NCBI GenBank assembly: GCA_963664815.2
Contig: CAXXHB010000003.1
Coordinates: 3,968,001-4,032,000, forward strand
DNA from: Spirochaetota bacterium
GTDB taxonomy: Bacteria; Spirochaetota; UBA4802; UBA5550
Reading direction: 5' to 3'
Length of the DNA: 64,000 nucleotides
The notes beneath the pieces were generated by a model that worked only from the letters and a program-made list of their open reading frames with translations, did no database searches and was not told the origin of the DNA. A program made the position numbers and the translations under genes. This document shows, piece after piece, positions 1 through 9,770 of this stretch. Within the stretch, counting starts at the first letter, position 1, and each line of letters opens with the position of its first letter.

Positions 1-1401
1 TGCAACACTGCGCATGATGTAACTTACGAGCAGGCCAACAACAGCGATACATCCATTATCAGCTGCCACAAGTGTGATAAAAAAATCAAGTTCCAGTTCT
101 GTCCACATTGCGGCGCATTTTATTCTATAACATTTTCAAACATTAAACATGGACGCTACAAATACAGTTGTAAAAAATGCAGAAAAGACTTTGCCATAGA
201 GTTTACAGCGAAGGAACAGCTTTCTCTGAAAAAACAAAAACTAACCATTACTGAAAAACCGGTACCTTCCACTGCACCCGTTCCGGAAAAATCTATGCCA
301 TCCGTCAGTTCACCGGTTGATAATATAATTATAACTAAAACAGAGAATCCAGTTCCATTTATGAATAACAGTATAAACACATTTTCTGCCGGGGAACTTT
401 TTAAATCCGCCTCTGAGGCTTTTACATTTAAAAAAATTATTATCTCCGCTGCCGGTGTAATATGTATGCTTATTATGATTCAGCTTTTCAGTTCAATAGA
501 AAATTTATTCGTTAAGCCCGGGAAATCATGGCTTGCACCATTTACCGGATCTCTTATTAACCTCTTTCCGATGGCAATAATTTTCTCTTTCTACATGCTG
601 TTTGCATCGATAATCTCAAAGATTACCCTTGACAGGATATTCCATTCGAAGGAATCGGGTACTGATGAGATAATAATGTTTACGCTGAAGAATGGACCTG
701 GAATATTTGCAGGAAATATTATTCTCCTTCTTATAGTCAGTTCAATACTTATTCTTTTCGGGAAAATCCCATTCCTTGGTCCTCTGCTTTTCTCGCTGGC
801 GTTTCTTCCGGTTTACCTTATCTCTGTAGCGATATTTTCCCTTTGCTTCATCGGTTTATGGTTTTACCCTCCGATTTCTGCACACAGGGAACAGGGAATC
901 ATTACCAGTCTTAAAAATCTGATGCTCTTTATAAAAAAGCACAATCTCAACATAATATTCATGATTCCGGTAATTCTTCTTGTCGCCGCCATAACGTTTT
1001 CATTAATATTTTTTATTCATCTCTCGGCGTTTTCACTTTCAATGGCAATGTCAAAGTGGCTTCTTAATCAAGACGCATCCATAATCTTTTCATCAATTCC
1101 GGCGCTTTTTATAAAATCTTCTGAGGCTACATTCGCAGGACTCAGTTCGGGCATATTCAAGGAGCTTAATTCATCGCTTCTGATGACTCATCATATAGGG
1201 GGGTTCATTCTCGGGATGATCCTTCTGACAATAACTGTGTTTCTTCTTTCTCTGGCACTTTCTATCACTGCTACGGTTTCCTCCCATATCTACATTGTAA
1301 TGGAGAGAGGAATCTCTATCGATGACCGGAAAAAAGCAATTGTTCTTTTTATACTTATGATGCTGATGACAATGCTCATAATGTTCAGAAGACTGACGTG
1401 A
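1..1401 (+). CDS. Membrane protein with N-terminal zinc-ribbon (CxxC) domain; 5'-truncated by the window edge
   Basis: Frame 1 is open from base 1 (CNTAH...CHKC...CPHCG...CKKC) and continues into the 295..1401 ORF, which has about 8-9 hydrophobic helices. Confidence 0.75.
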   Translation, partial: CNTAHDVTYEQANNSDTSIISCHKCDKKIKFQFCPHCGAFYSITFSNIKHGRYKYSCKKCRKDFAIEFTAKEQLSLKKQKLTITEKPVPSTAPVPEKSMPSVSSPVDNIIITKTENPVPFMNNSINTFSAGELFKSASEAFTFKKIIISAAGVICMLIMIQLFSSIENLFVKPGKSWLAPFTGSLINLFPMAIIFSFYMLFASIISKITLDRIFHSKESGTDEIIMFTLKNGPGIFAGNIILLLIVSSILILFGKIPFLGPLLFSLAFLPVYLISVAIFSLCFIGLWFYPPISAHREQGIITSLKNLMLFIKKHNLNIIFMIPVILLVAAITFSLIFFIHLSAFSLSMAMSKWLLNQDASIIFSSIPALFIKSSEATFAGLSSGIFKELNSSLLMTHHIGGFILGMILLTITVFLLSLALSITATVSSHIYIVMERGISIDDRKKAIVLFILMMLMTMLIMFRRLT

Positions 1402-1478
1402 TTCCGTCATGTTAATCATTTCTCATTATGTTATGTTAAAAAGACAGAATCCACAACCAGTCAGAGAAACAGCCGACC

Positions 1479-1507
1479 TGCCGGTCACAATCGTGATTAT
1501 ACCGGCA
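1479..1507 (+). terminator. Hairpin downstream of the first CDS, possible terminator
   Basis: tgccggt...accggca inverted repeat followed by a T-rich stretch. Confidence 0.35.
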
Positions 1508-1573
1508 TTAGTCCTTTTGAAATTAAATAAACAATTAGGGTTTTGAGACTTTATGAACATTATTAAAGTAAAT

Positions 1574-1602
1574 GGAACTTTTCACATTAAGAATGGGTCT
1601 AA
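1574..1602 (+). promoter_or_regulatory. ECF (sigmaE-type) promoter
   Basis: GGAACTT-N16-GTCTAA directly upstream of the operon that encodes the ECF sigma factor. Confidence 0.65.
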
Positions 1603-1655
1603 TTTTATAAATATCTGATAAAGGTTTTCTTTTATCAGATACTATCAAGTTTATT

Positions 1656-2216
1656 ATGAAGGTGAATTTTATGAAGAGCAGGATAATTATTATAATTCTA
1701 TCAATCATTATTGTACTTCAAATGGCCATTACTCTCTTCATTCTGAAGAAAGAACCTATGCAGGGTCCTCCCCCTCCACCCCCTTTCGGATTAATGGAAG
1801 CTGAGCACGGACCAGGTATGGGGATGGAGAAACACCATATGGAAGGAAACAGGTTCGGCCGTCCTTTTTGTGAACAGGATTTTATGAAAGATAAACTCTC
1901 CCTGAGTAACGAACAGGTTGAAAAAATTAACAATCTCAATAAAAAATTTGATGCTGAATTTTCAAATTACATTTCAAAGATAGAACCGGAGCGTAGAAAA
2001 TTGAAAGAGATCCTTGACAGAGACAATGCTGATTTGAATGCAATCAAGGATCAGCTTAAAAAAATTGAGGACATTAATCTTGATATACATATATTAAGAA
2101 TAAGACAGGGAAAAGAACTCGATGGAATTTTATCATCTGATCAGATGATAAAGCTACGGAATGAAAGAAATATGTTCTTTGAAAAGATGAAAAGAAATCA
2201 CGGCGAAATGAGATGA
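1656..2216 (+). CDS. Spy/CpxP/ZraP-like periplasmic protein
   Basis: N-terminal TM/signal, Pro/Gly/Met/His-rich linker, L-S-x-E-Q helical motif, C-terminal ILSSDQ (LTxxQ-like). Confidence 0.75.
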   Translation: MKVNFMKSRIIIIILSIIIVLQMAITLFILKKEPMQGPPPPPPFGLMEAEHGPGMGMEKHHMEGNRFGRPFCEQDFMKDKLSLSNEQVEKINNLNKKFDAEFSNYISKIEPERRKLKEILDRDNADLNAIKDQLKKIEDINLDIHILRIRQGKELDGILSSDQMIKLRNERNMFFEKMKRNHGEMR

Positions 2217-2722
2217 ATGAAAATGAATTCGCAGAAATTGTCAAAAGAACAAAGAAAACGGTTCTTTCGGCAATTGAAAAAAACATGGCTCCTCGGTTTT
2301 ACCATGCAATAGATGATGTCGCCCAGGAAACCTACATCCGTGCCTACAATGGACTGATAAAAAACAGTTTCCGGGGTGACTCATCTATTGAAACATGGCT
2401 TTATAAAATTGCAAAAAATGAATCGCTCAGAATGAACCATAAACTCACGCGGGAAGAGGAAAAAGCAAGAAGAGCTTTAGAGGACAGCAGACTAAAACAG
2501 ATACAGGAACCGGATCCAGGTGATTCGGAATACCTGCTTTCTCACCTTAAACTTCTTCCTGAAAAATACAGATCGGTGCTTACACTATCTTCGCTGGGAT
2601 TCAATATAAATGATATTTCAAAAAAACTTGGAATTCAGCCCGGTACTGTCAAATCAAGGACATCAAGAGGGAAAAAGATTATTCATGAAAACATAAGGAG
2701 AGAAACACATGAAGAACAGTAA
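2213..2722 (+). CDS. ECF-family RNA polymerase sigma factor
   Basis: DDVAQETYIRAY, TWLYKIAKN, GTVKSRTSRG motifs (regions 2 and 4). Confidence 0.9.
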   Translation: MNENEFAEIVKRTKKTVLSAIEKNMAPRFYHAIDDVAQETYIRAYNGLIKNSFRGDSSIETWLYKIAKNESLRMNHKLTREEEKARRALEDSRLKQIQEPDPGDSEYLLSHLKLLPEKYRSVLTLSSLGFNINDISKKLGIQPGTVKSRTSRGKKIIHENIRRETHEEQ

Positions 2723-3074
2723 AGTGATAATTGTTAACAAAGATAAAAATGAAATAAAAATGAAAAAAGAGATCCGATCCAGACTGGAAAGCAACTCATG
2801 GGATTTTTCAATCGCTTATAAAGTCATGCAGACGCGAAACTCTGAAAAAGAGAAAAGAATAAACACCTGGACATTTGCATCTCTTGCAACTGCTGCAATG
2901 TCTTTCATGGTTTTCATGGCAGGGATTTATTTCTTTACAATTAAACCGGAAATATATACCAGTAGCGGTTCAATCTACAGTTATGCATATATTAACAATG
3001 ACAGCAACCTGGACAATGATATAATTGCAGGCCGGCTTGAACTGACCATCAATGAAGTTTACCCTATGAGATAA
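2709..3074 (+). CDS. Single-TM protein, probable anti-sigma factor
   Basis: Overlaps the ECF gene end; one central TM helix. Confidence 0.55.
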   Translation: MKNSKVIIVNKDKNEIKMKKEIRSRLESNSWDFSIAYKVMQTRNSEKEKRINTWTFASLATAAMSFMVFMAGIYFFTIKPEIYTSSGSIYSYAYINNDSNLDNDIIAGRLELTINEVYPMR

Positions 3075-3240
3075 CTCCTGATACATTATGTTTTAAAACT
3101 ACTTCTGTTATCTCACTGATATTTATAGTTTTTCTGCAGGCATACTCCTCCTGTTTCCCTTTATTCCACTGATTAACAGGTCTGTAATAGCCGGATACTC
3201 TCGAATAGATTTCTGAAGGTATTTTTACATTTTTAGACAT
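3064..3240 (-). CDS. Small standalone NrdD C-terminal-like (glycyl-radical) protein
   Basis: EIYSRVSGYYRPVNQWNKGKQEEY matches the class III RNR C-terminus; GAGGAG RBS before ATG at 3240. Confidence 0.7.
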   Translation of the reverse strand: MSKNVKIPSEIYSRVSGYYRPVNQWNKGKQEEYACRKTINISEITEVVLKHNVSGVIS

Positions 3241-3530
3241 AGATCTCCTCATGTTTATCTCAATTCATTAACTTTTTCTTGTTATGTATAGTCTAATAAT
3301 TTTCAAATAATAGAAACAGCCTTTATGCCAGCTTAATATTATACCGGTGATGTAAACTAATCTATATTATCCGTAATCAGGCGGAATAAAACAGCAGATT
3401 CGATTGAATCCAGCTACCAGAACAACTCTATTATTTTTTAATAACAAGTTTTAAGGAATAAATCTTGATTTATTTAGATTTATATTATGTCTCATAAGGT
3501 ATAATCTGTCAAGAATTAATAAAATATTTT

Positions 3531-5774
3531 TTAAACTGCCGGAAGATAAATATCAAAAACAGTGCCTGACTCCGGTTCGGAATGAACTTCAATAAAGCCA
3601 CCATGGCGGATAATAATATTATAAACAACAGCAAGCCCAAGACCGCTTCCCTCCTTTTTGGTTGTAAAAAACGGATCAAATACCCTTTTCAGGTTTGTAC
3701 GACTGATGCCTGGACCGTTATCAGCTACAGATAAATGCCATGCCCTGCTTTTAACCAGTGAATGTATTTTTGAATCCTCTGCATTATCAAGTAAAAGAGA
3801 TATAACAGGTTTATCCACGTTACTTTTCATAATAGCTTCAGAGGCATTTACTATCAGGTTAAGTATCACCTGCTCGAGCTGTGACCTGTTGCCCGACATA
3901 GTACTTTCCGCCAAGACTGAGTGAAATGTTAGTTCAATATACTCAGGAACCGAGGGACGGGCAATGGCTACTACATCCCTGGTAATCTGTTCAAGATTTA
4001 TTTTTTCAAAATTATCACCTTCATCCCTTGAAACGGACATCAGATTTTTTACCAGCAAAGCTGCCTTTCCGCCTGATTTTTTGATTACATCAAGGTGGAA
4101 GCTAATCTCATTAACATTGACATTGCTGTCTTTTATTATCATATCAAGATATGAGGCAGTACTGATAATACCTGAAATAATGTTATTGAAATCATGCGCC
4201 AGCCCTCCCGCCATAGTCCCCAACGCTTCGACTTTCGATGCACGGCTCAACCTCTCTTCATTTTTTTCAAGCTCTGTTATATCATCAATCCTTATAATAA
4301 TGCCATTTATGTCTTTTTTACTAAAAGGGAAAATAAAAATATTTTTCACAAAACTTTCTTCTGCACCGCAACCTTCTTTAACAAATATTTCCTTCCGGAG
4401 TTCAATTGTGTTTCTGTTTTTACGTAGTTCATCACATTTAATTCTGTACTTGCTGAACTCCGGAATAAAATCCCAAAGTATACGGCCTACCGCTTCAGTG
4501 GACGAGTATCCGGTAAATTTCTCCGCTTCTTTATTCCAGTGAATAATTCTCTCATTATCATCAAGGGTTATTACAATTGAAGGCATGGATTCTATTATAT
4601 CATTTATATAGAAAGTCAGCTCTCTCAGATCCTCATTTGTTACTTTAAGTTCATCCGATCGGCGTTTAACAGTTTCAGCAAGCTGATTGATATTTACAGC
4701 AATATCGCTGATTTCATCATCTCTATCGTCAACTATTACAGTATCATATTCTCCACTTTTTATCTGTTTCAGTCCGTTTATAATATTCAATATTCTGTTT
4801 ACGAAAAGTGAATTCAGCCTTGCCGTCGAGATAAAAAAAGCAACAATAGTTATTGTTATAATAGAAAGAACCGAATAAATAATTATTCTGTTAGTATATT
4901 TATTTAATGAGCTGATATCATATATAAGCTCAAAATATATATTAGTCGTCCGGTTAAAAAAATACCGGTTCATTTTCATTTTCTTATATACAAAAATGTT
5001 GTTACCTGACTCTACAACGACATTATCATCCTGCATTATTTTATTAATCAGGTCGGGATGAATGCTTACTTTTTTCCCCTCATTGATCAGTGACCATCCG
5101 CTCCCCTTTGTAATTGAATAAATATCAATGGAATGAAGATATTCGTTATAGAAATTTTTAAACATATCTCCGAAAAGAAATTCATAGAGGGCAAAATTAT
5201 ATTTTTTATTCACAAAATCAAGAACATCAAAGGAGATCTCGTAGATTATACTGCTTCCCTTCGGACTGTAATACATATAGTGATATATTTTCCCCTCGCG
5301 GGTTGATACACTAATACCCTGTGATAAAACTTCTCCCTTCCCGTACATAGAATTAATATATTTAGTAAAAGAGTTGCTGATGGAAAGAAGGTTTAATCCT
5401 ATATCTACAGACAGAGAGGAATTAAAAACTATGCCCGCTGAATCGATAAAATAAATATGCCCGACATTCAGATCTTTTGCTTTTTTTATCAGCTGACTTG
5501 ACGATACATTTTTAACAGCATTAGATGATGGATAACTCCTTGCAAGATTGAGCAGTGCAGTCTGCCCCTCCTTATCCATATTTTTCTCAATTGAATTAAG
5601 AATACTCTGATAATGATCAAGCTGTTTTTCTATCCGGAAGAGCTTTTCCTCCCTGTTTTCCCGCAAAACAGTTTTTACAAAGCTATATGAGAATCTTCCT
5701 ATGACCAAAGAGATAACAGTTGCAGTAATGAAAATTATTAATAGTATTAATAAAAAAAGTCTCTTTCTCATCAA
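3531..5774 (-). CDS. Membrane sensor histidine kinase (2 TM, HAMP, PAS, HisKA, HATPase)
   Basis: AGGLAHDFNN H-box, NLIVNASEA N-box, DNGPG, FDPFFTTK, GSGLGL. Confidence 0.92.
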   Translation of the reverse strand: MMRKRLFLLILLIIFITATVISLVIGRFSYSFVKTVLRENREEKLFRIEKQLDHYQSILNSIEKNMDKEGQTALLNLARSYPSSNAVKNVSSSQLIKKAKDLNVGHIYFIDSAGIVFNSSLSVDIGLNLLSISNSFTKYINSMYGKGEVLSQGISVSTREGKIYHYMYYSPKGSSIIYEISFDVLDFVNKKYNFALYEFLFGDMFKNFYNEYLHSIDIYSITKGSGWSLINEGKKVSIHPDLINKIMQDDNVVVESGNNIFVYKKMKMNRYFFNRTTNIYFELIYDISSLNKYTNRIIIYSVLSIITITIVAFFISTARLNSLFVNRILNIINGLKQIKSGEYDTVIVDDRDDEISDIAVNINQLAETVKRRSDELKVTNEDLRELTFYINDIIESMPSIVITLDDNERIIHWNKEAEKFTGYSSTEAVGRILWDFIPEFSKYRIKCDELRKNRNTIELRKEIFVKEGCGAEESFVKNIFIFPFSKKDINGIIIRIDDITELEKNEERLSRASKVEALGTMAGGLAHDFNNIISGIISTASYLDMIIKDSNVNVNEISFHLDVIKKSGGKAALLVKNLMSVSRDEGDNFEKINLEQITRDVVAIARPSVPEYIELTFHSVLAESTMSGNRSQLEQVILNLIVNASEAIMKSNVDKPVISLLLDNAEDSKIHSLVKSRAWHLSVADNGPGISRTNLKRVFDPFFTTKKEGSGLGLAVVYNIIIRHGGFIEVHSEPESGTVFDIYLPAV

Positions 5775-6106
5775 AAATCCTGAAGGGCTTTTTTATCTCG
5801 CCCCTTTCTGTAAATAATTTAATTATTATGATTTTTATTGTGATTAATCAGCGAACGGTACAATAATTCATGTTCAGGGATTTTCAAATGTCAACTCTAA
5901 TATACTTATTCATAAATAAATTAATACATATATGAAAAATATATGTAAAAATATTCATGCAATTAAATAAAAAATGTTGCTCTTTTACTGTCTGCTGTAT
6001 TTTAGACGATTATTCAATTAAAATCGGGATGCTTCATATCTCATACGAATTTAATCTCACATCGGAAAACCGGCTTAAAAATATGATGACACAGAGGATA
6101 ATTACC

Positions 6107-8941
6107 TTAAATCTGAAATTGTTGGCTGTCTGAAATAAGTACAGCCGCGCACACAAGTTTTATGTTATACTTTATTCCGTAATACCCGCTGTATTCCGTG
6201 ACAAGCGATTCCATCTCTGTTCTCGCTTTCATTATTTTCTTTCTTGTTCTAGTAATCGCGCTTTTCATGTCTTTACCATACCATTTCATCTGACCTTCCT
6301 GGACATCCAGTTTCTCTTCAAGCTCCTTGATCTGCTTTCTGTATGATTCACGTACTTTTTCCATTTCAGGATCAATCTGTATTTCAAGATTTTCATTAAG
6401 ATCAAAAAGCCGATCATCAATTTTTTTCATCAATCTTTCCACTGCTTTGCCATAATAGCTCCCGTATTGTGAAGATATATTATTAATGGTATTCCCATAC
6501 CTCGATATGGGAATACCGAACTTAAAATCCTGTTCGGCAAAATTTTCTTCAATACTTTTAAGTTCTAACTCCTGAAGCACTCCGCCGGTTTCACTCAGTA
6601 CCGGATAAAATTCATGCGAAACAGAAACTGATGAGAACTTAACAAGAAAATTAAAAATTATACCGGTAAAATTATTTTCATGGTTCATAAATACAACTCC
6701 GGTCTCTCCTCCGAAAGAGTCGCTGCAGCAGTATTCAATTATATTATCCACTATCTCGTTCCCGAATGCAAGAAATTCAAGTCCTTCATCCTCAAGCGCT
6801 TTTTCACTGTTGAATGTCCCGTAGCGGACAACCGGGTTCTGGCTGTCGTCATGTGTAACTTTATATAATCCCGTTTTGCCGTTTTTCGGTGAAATCATAT
6901 TTGCCGCGTATGAATCCTCCTCCATAAAATGGTTTATAAACTTTTCAATACGCCTGTTAGTAAAGGTTCTGTCTTTTAATGTAACTTTGTAGTATTCATC
7001 ATAGTTAAAATCCATCCTCCCCGCAACTGTCAATTCTGTCAGTTTCTCAAAACTCTGCCTAGCGTGTTCAATTCTGCCGCTGAGTTCTTCTTCAACATCT
7101 TTTTTCTTTTTCCTTCCGGTTGCGAGTTCCATGAAAAGAGTATTGAGATTTACCTCATCCTCTATCTGACCCAGCATTATGTCCGGAGTGCCTATAGATT
7201 CTTCGAATATTTTAAGTTTATCAGTGAGCACTTCTAGCACTCTTTCTGCAACTGTTCCGCGTGTTGAAAAGTTATAGATGTGAACATCATTCGGCTGACC
7301 AAATCTGTGTATCCTCCCTATTCTCTGCTCGATCTTCAGTGGTGACCATGGTAAGTCGTAATTAATAAGCACATCACAAAACTGCATGTTCCGACCTTCT
7401 CCCCCAGCCTCAGTTGCTATGATAACTTCAGATTCATCCCTGAACCTGATAATAGCCTCCTCTTTTTGATCTCTGTTCATGGATCCGTTAAAAATAACTA
7501 CATTGAAATCTGAAAGGATTTCATTAATATAATCCTGGGTTGTCCTGAACTGTGTAAAAATAAGGAATTTCTTATGCCCTTTCCTTTTCAAATCTCTGAT
7601 AAGCCTGATCAGCTTTTCTCCCTTTTTGTTGACTTCAATCTGCGAAGCCAGCTGTACAAGCCTTTGGAGCGTAGTTATCTCCATACTGATTTCTTCGATT
7701 GTTTTCCTTACGGTGAGATCTTCGATCTCCTGAATATCTTCATATTCGGAGAGATCGCTTTTATCAAAAATTCCATTATCGAAAACAACCATCAGCTGTT
7801 GATCGGCAATCGCTCTATCCATGAGTTCCTGCAGCCTTTTTGTCCTCCTGGTCAGGGCAACATGCAGCGCATGTGAAGAGGAATCGAGAAGTTTCTGAAA
7901 AACTGTCATTACAAATCCTACTGCGCGGTTTTCCGACTGCATTGCCCTGTTAAATTCCTCTGCTACATACCTTGTAGTTTCGTCATAAAGATTCCTTTCA
8001 TCCGGGTATAAATCAAACCTTATGGTTCTTGCAAACCGTTTTGTAAATCCACCAACTTCATTTTTTGTTCTTCTGATTACGACCTGATCAAGTTTTCTTT
8101 TAAGCCCGGACAGATCCGCCCCGTCAAGACAGTATTCATTATAAAAAGACTGAAATGGACCCAGTGTATTTTTATCAATCAGCCCGATCAGAAAGAACAG
8201 TTCTTCGAGTTTACCCCTGAATGGAGTTGCGGAAAGAAGCAGCAATGATTTTGTTTTGGCGGATATTACCTCCGCCATGCTATAAGCTAAAGTAGAATTG
8301 TTTACGTCTCTTCTTAACCTGTGTGCTTCATCGAATATAACGAAGTCCCACAGGCATCTCGACAGGTTCTCTTCAAAATTTTTGTTTTTAATAAAATCAA
8401 GTGAACAGATTATTTTATTATGAACTTTCCAGGGATTCCCCCCCTCCCCGACAGATTTAGCGGCCTTCCTTAAAACATTTCTGTCCATGATAATAAATTT
8501 TTCATTAAACTTGCTTTCCATTTCATTCTGCCACTGAAACATAAGCGAAGCCGGACAGACTATTAATATTCTCGAATAACCCTGTTTATATATCATCTCT
8601 TTTATAACAAGCCCGGCCTCGATTGTTTTGCCAAGCCCAACTTCGTCGGCAATAAGAAATCTCTGCTTCAACGCATTCACTATGCGGTGTGTACTTTCCA
8701 CCTGATGAGCAAGGATCCTTGTCCTTGAATTTGAGAGTGACAAAATTTTATTGTATGTGTGCGCAAGCTTTAACATGAAAGATTCCGATTTAAGTATAAA
8801 CCTTTTACCATCTGATACCTGGAGATTCAGAAAACTTCCCATTATTTCCGATTCATTTTCTATTACGAAACATTCCTCTTTATCAGCAGAAGAAGTTACA
8901 GAAAAGAGATCAGGAAAATCAATGTCGGATTCTATATTCAT
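6107..8941 (-). CDS. SNF2/RapA-like SF2 helicase/ATPase
   Basis: LIADEVGLGKT, DEAH, LSATP, EAGGEGRN, EQRIGRIHR; coiled-coil C-terminus. Confidence 0.9.
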   Translation of the reverse strand: MNIESDIDFPDLFSVTSSADKEECFVIENESEIMGSFLNLQVSDGKRFILKSESFMLKLAHTYNKILSLSNSRTRILAHQVESTHRIVNALKQRFLIADEVGLGKTIEAGLVIKEMIYKQGYSRILIVCPASLMFQWQNEMESKFNEKFIIMDRNVLRKAAKSVGEGGNPWKVHNKIICSLDFIKNKNFEENLSRCLWDFVIFDEAHRLRRDVNNSTLAYSMAEVISAKTKSLLLLSATPFRGKLEELFFLIGLIDKNTLGPFQSFYNEYCLDGADLSGLKRKLDQVVIRRTKNEVGGFTKRFARTIRFDLYPDERNLYDETTRYVAEEFNRAMQSENRAVGFVMTVFQKLLDSSSHALHVALTRRTKRLQELMDRAIADQQLMVVFDNGIFDKSDLSEYEDIQEIEDLTVRKTIEEISMEITTLQRLVQLASQIEVNKKGEKLIRLIRDLKRKGHKKFLIFTQFRTTQDYINEILSDFNVVIFNGSMNRDQKEEAIIRFRDESEVIIATEAGGEGRNMQFCDVLINYDLPWSPLKIEQRIGRIHRFGQPNDVHIYNFSTRGTVAERVLEVLTDKLKIFEESIGTPDIMLGQIEDEVNLNTLFMELATGRKKKKDVEEELSGRIEHARQSFEKLTELTVAGRMDFNYDEYYKVTLKDRTFTNRRIEKFINHFMEEDSYAANMISPKNGKTGLYKVTHDDSQNPVVRYGTFNSEKALEDEGLEFLAFGNEIVDNIIEYCCSDSFGGETGVVFMNHENNFTGIIFNFLVKFSSVSVSHEFYPVLSETGGVLQELELKSIEENFAEQDFKFGIPISRYGNTINNISSQYGSYYGKAVERLMKKIDDRLFDLNENLEIQIDPEMEKVRESYRKQIKELEEKLDVQEGQMKWYGKDMKSAITRTRKKIMKARTEMESLVTEYSGYYGIKYNIKLVCAAVLISDSQQFQI

Positions 8942-9112
8942 ATATAAACTGAAATCATATCACAATCAGGATTGGATAAATGCTTAAAAAAAATTTGTCA
9001 TAATAGGATTTGTTCCTCTGAAGAATTAGAGGTGACATAATAATTCATGTCCGGTAATAGCACAATCATTTTTTTGGAATGAAAAAAGGAAGTCACTGAA
9101 TATTTAAGGAAT

Positions 9113-9142
9113 AAGAACAAGGAGATTCAACTCCCTGTTCTT
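9113..9142 (-). terminator. Hairpin downstream of bfr
   Basis: aagaacaaggag / ctccctgttctt imperfect inverted repeat. Confidence 0.45.
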
Positions 9143-9149
9143 TAACATT

Positions 9150-9620
9150 CTATTCTTCAACCTGAGTACTGAGAAAAACCTGTATTCCCATCAGGTTTAT
9201 CTGATCAAGCAGCTCCTCAATCTTATCTATATGTGCATCCTCATCAAGAAGTATATGCTCCAGTATCTCCTTTGTGGCATTGTCTCCTACCTCAGCTGCA
9301 AGCTTAATTGCATCATTATAACCCTTAATAGCGCCCTCTTCAGCCGATCTGTCATTTGCAATCTGTTTAGCCACATCAGAACCTATGTGAATGTTGTTCA
9401 GAGAGCTTACAATCGGAGTCCCCTCAAGGAAAATAATTCTGCCTATCAGTTTCTCGGCATGCTTCATCTCGTCAATAGCCCTTTTTTCCAGGCTTTCATG
9501 AAGTTTCTGGAAGCCCCAGTTTGCACACATCTCTGAATGTACCATGTACTGGTTAATAGCAGTCAGTTCATCAGCAAGCAGAAAATTAAGCTTGTCAATA
9601 AGCTTATCGTTACCTTTCAT
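9150..9620 (-). CDS. bfr: Bacterioferritin
   Basis: MKG...ELTAINQY, DEMKHA, EDAH ferroxidase-centre motifs; 156 aa. Confidence 0.95.
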   Translation of the reverse strand: MKGNDKLIDKLNFLLADELTAINQYMVHSEMCANWGFQKLHESLEKRAIDEMKHAEKLIGRIIFLEGTPIVSSLNNIHIGSDVAKQIANDRSAEEGAIKGYNDAIKLAAEVGDNATKEILEHILLDEDAHIDKIEELLDQINLMGIQVFLSTQVEE

Positions 9621-9770
9621 CTTTATCTCCTTAGATTATTTATTTTATTATATATACTAATTTATACAAATGTTACAGCAATTACAACATTTATTTTAAA
9701 ATAATAATGACAAATATATTATTTAAATTAAACTGCCTTTGTAATCCTGATACGAAAAAAGGAGTTATAA

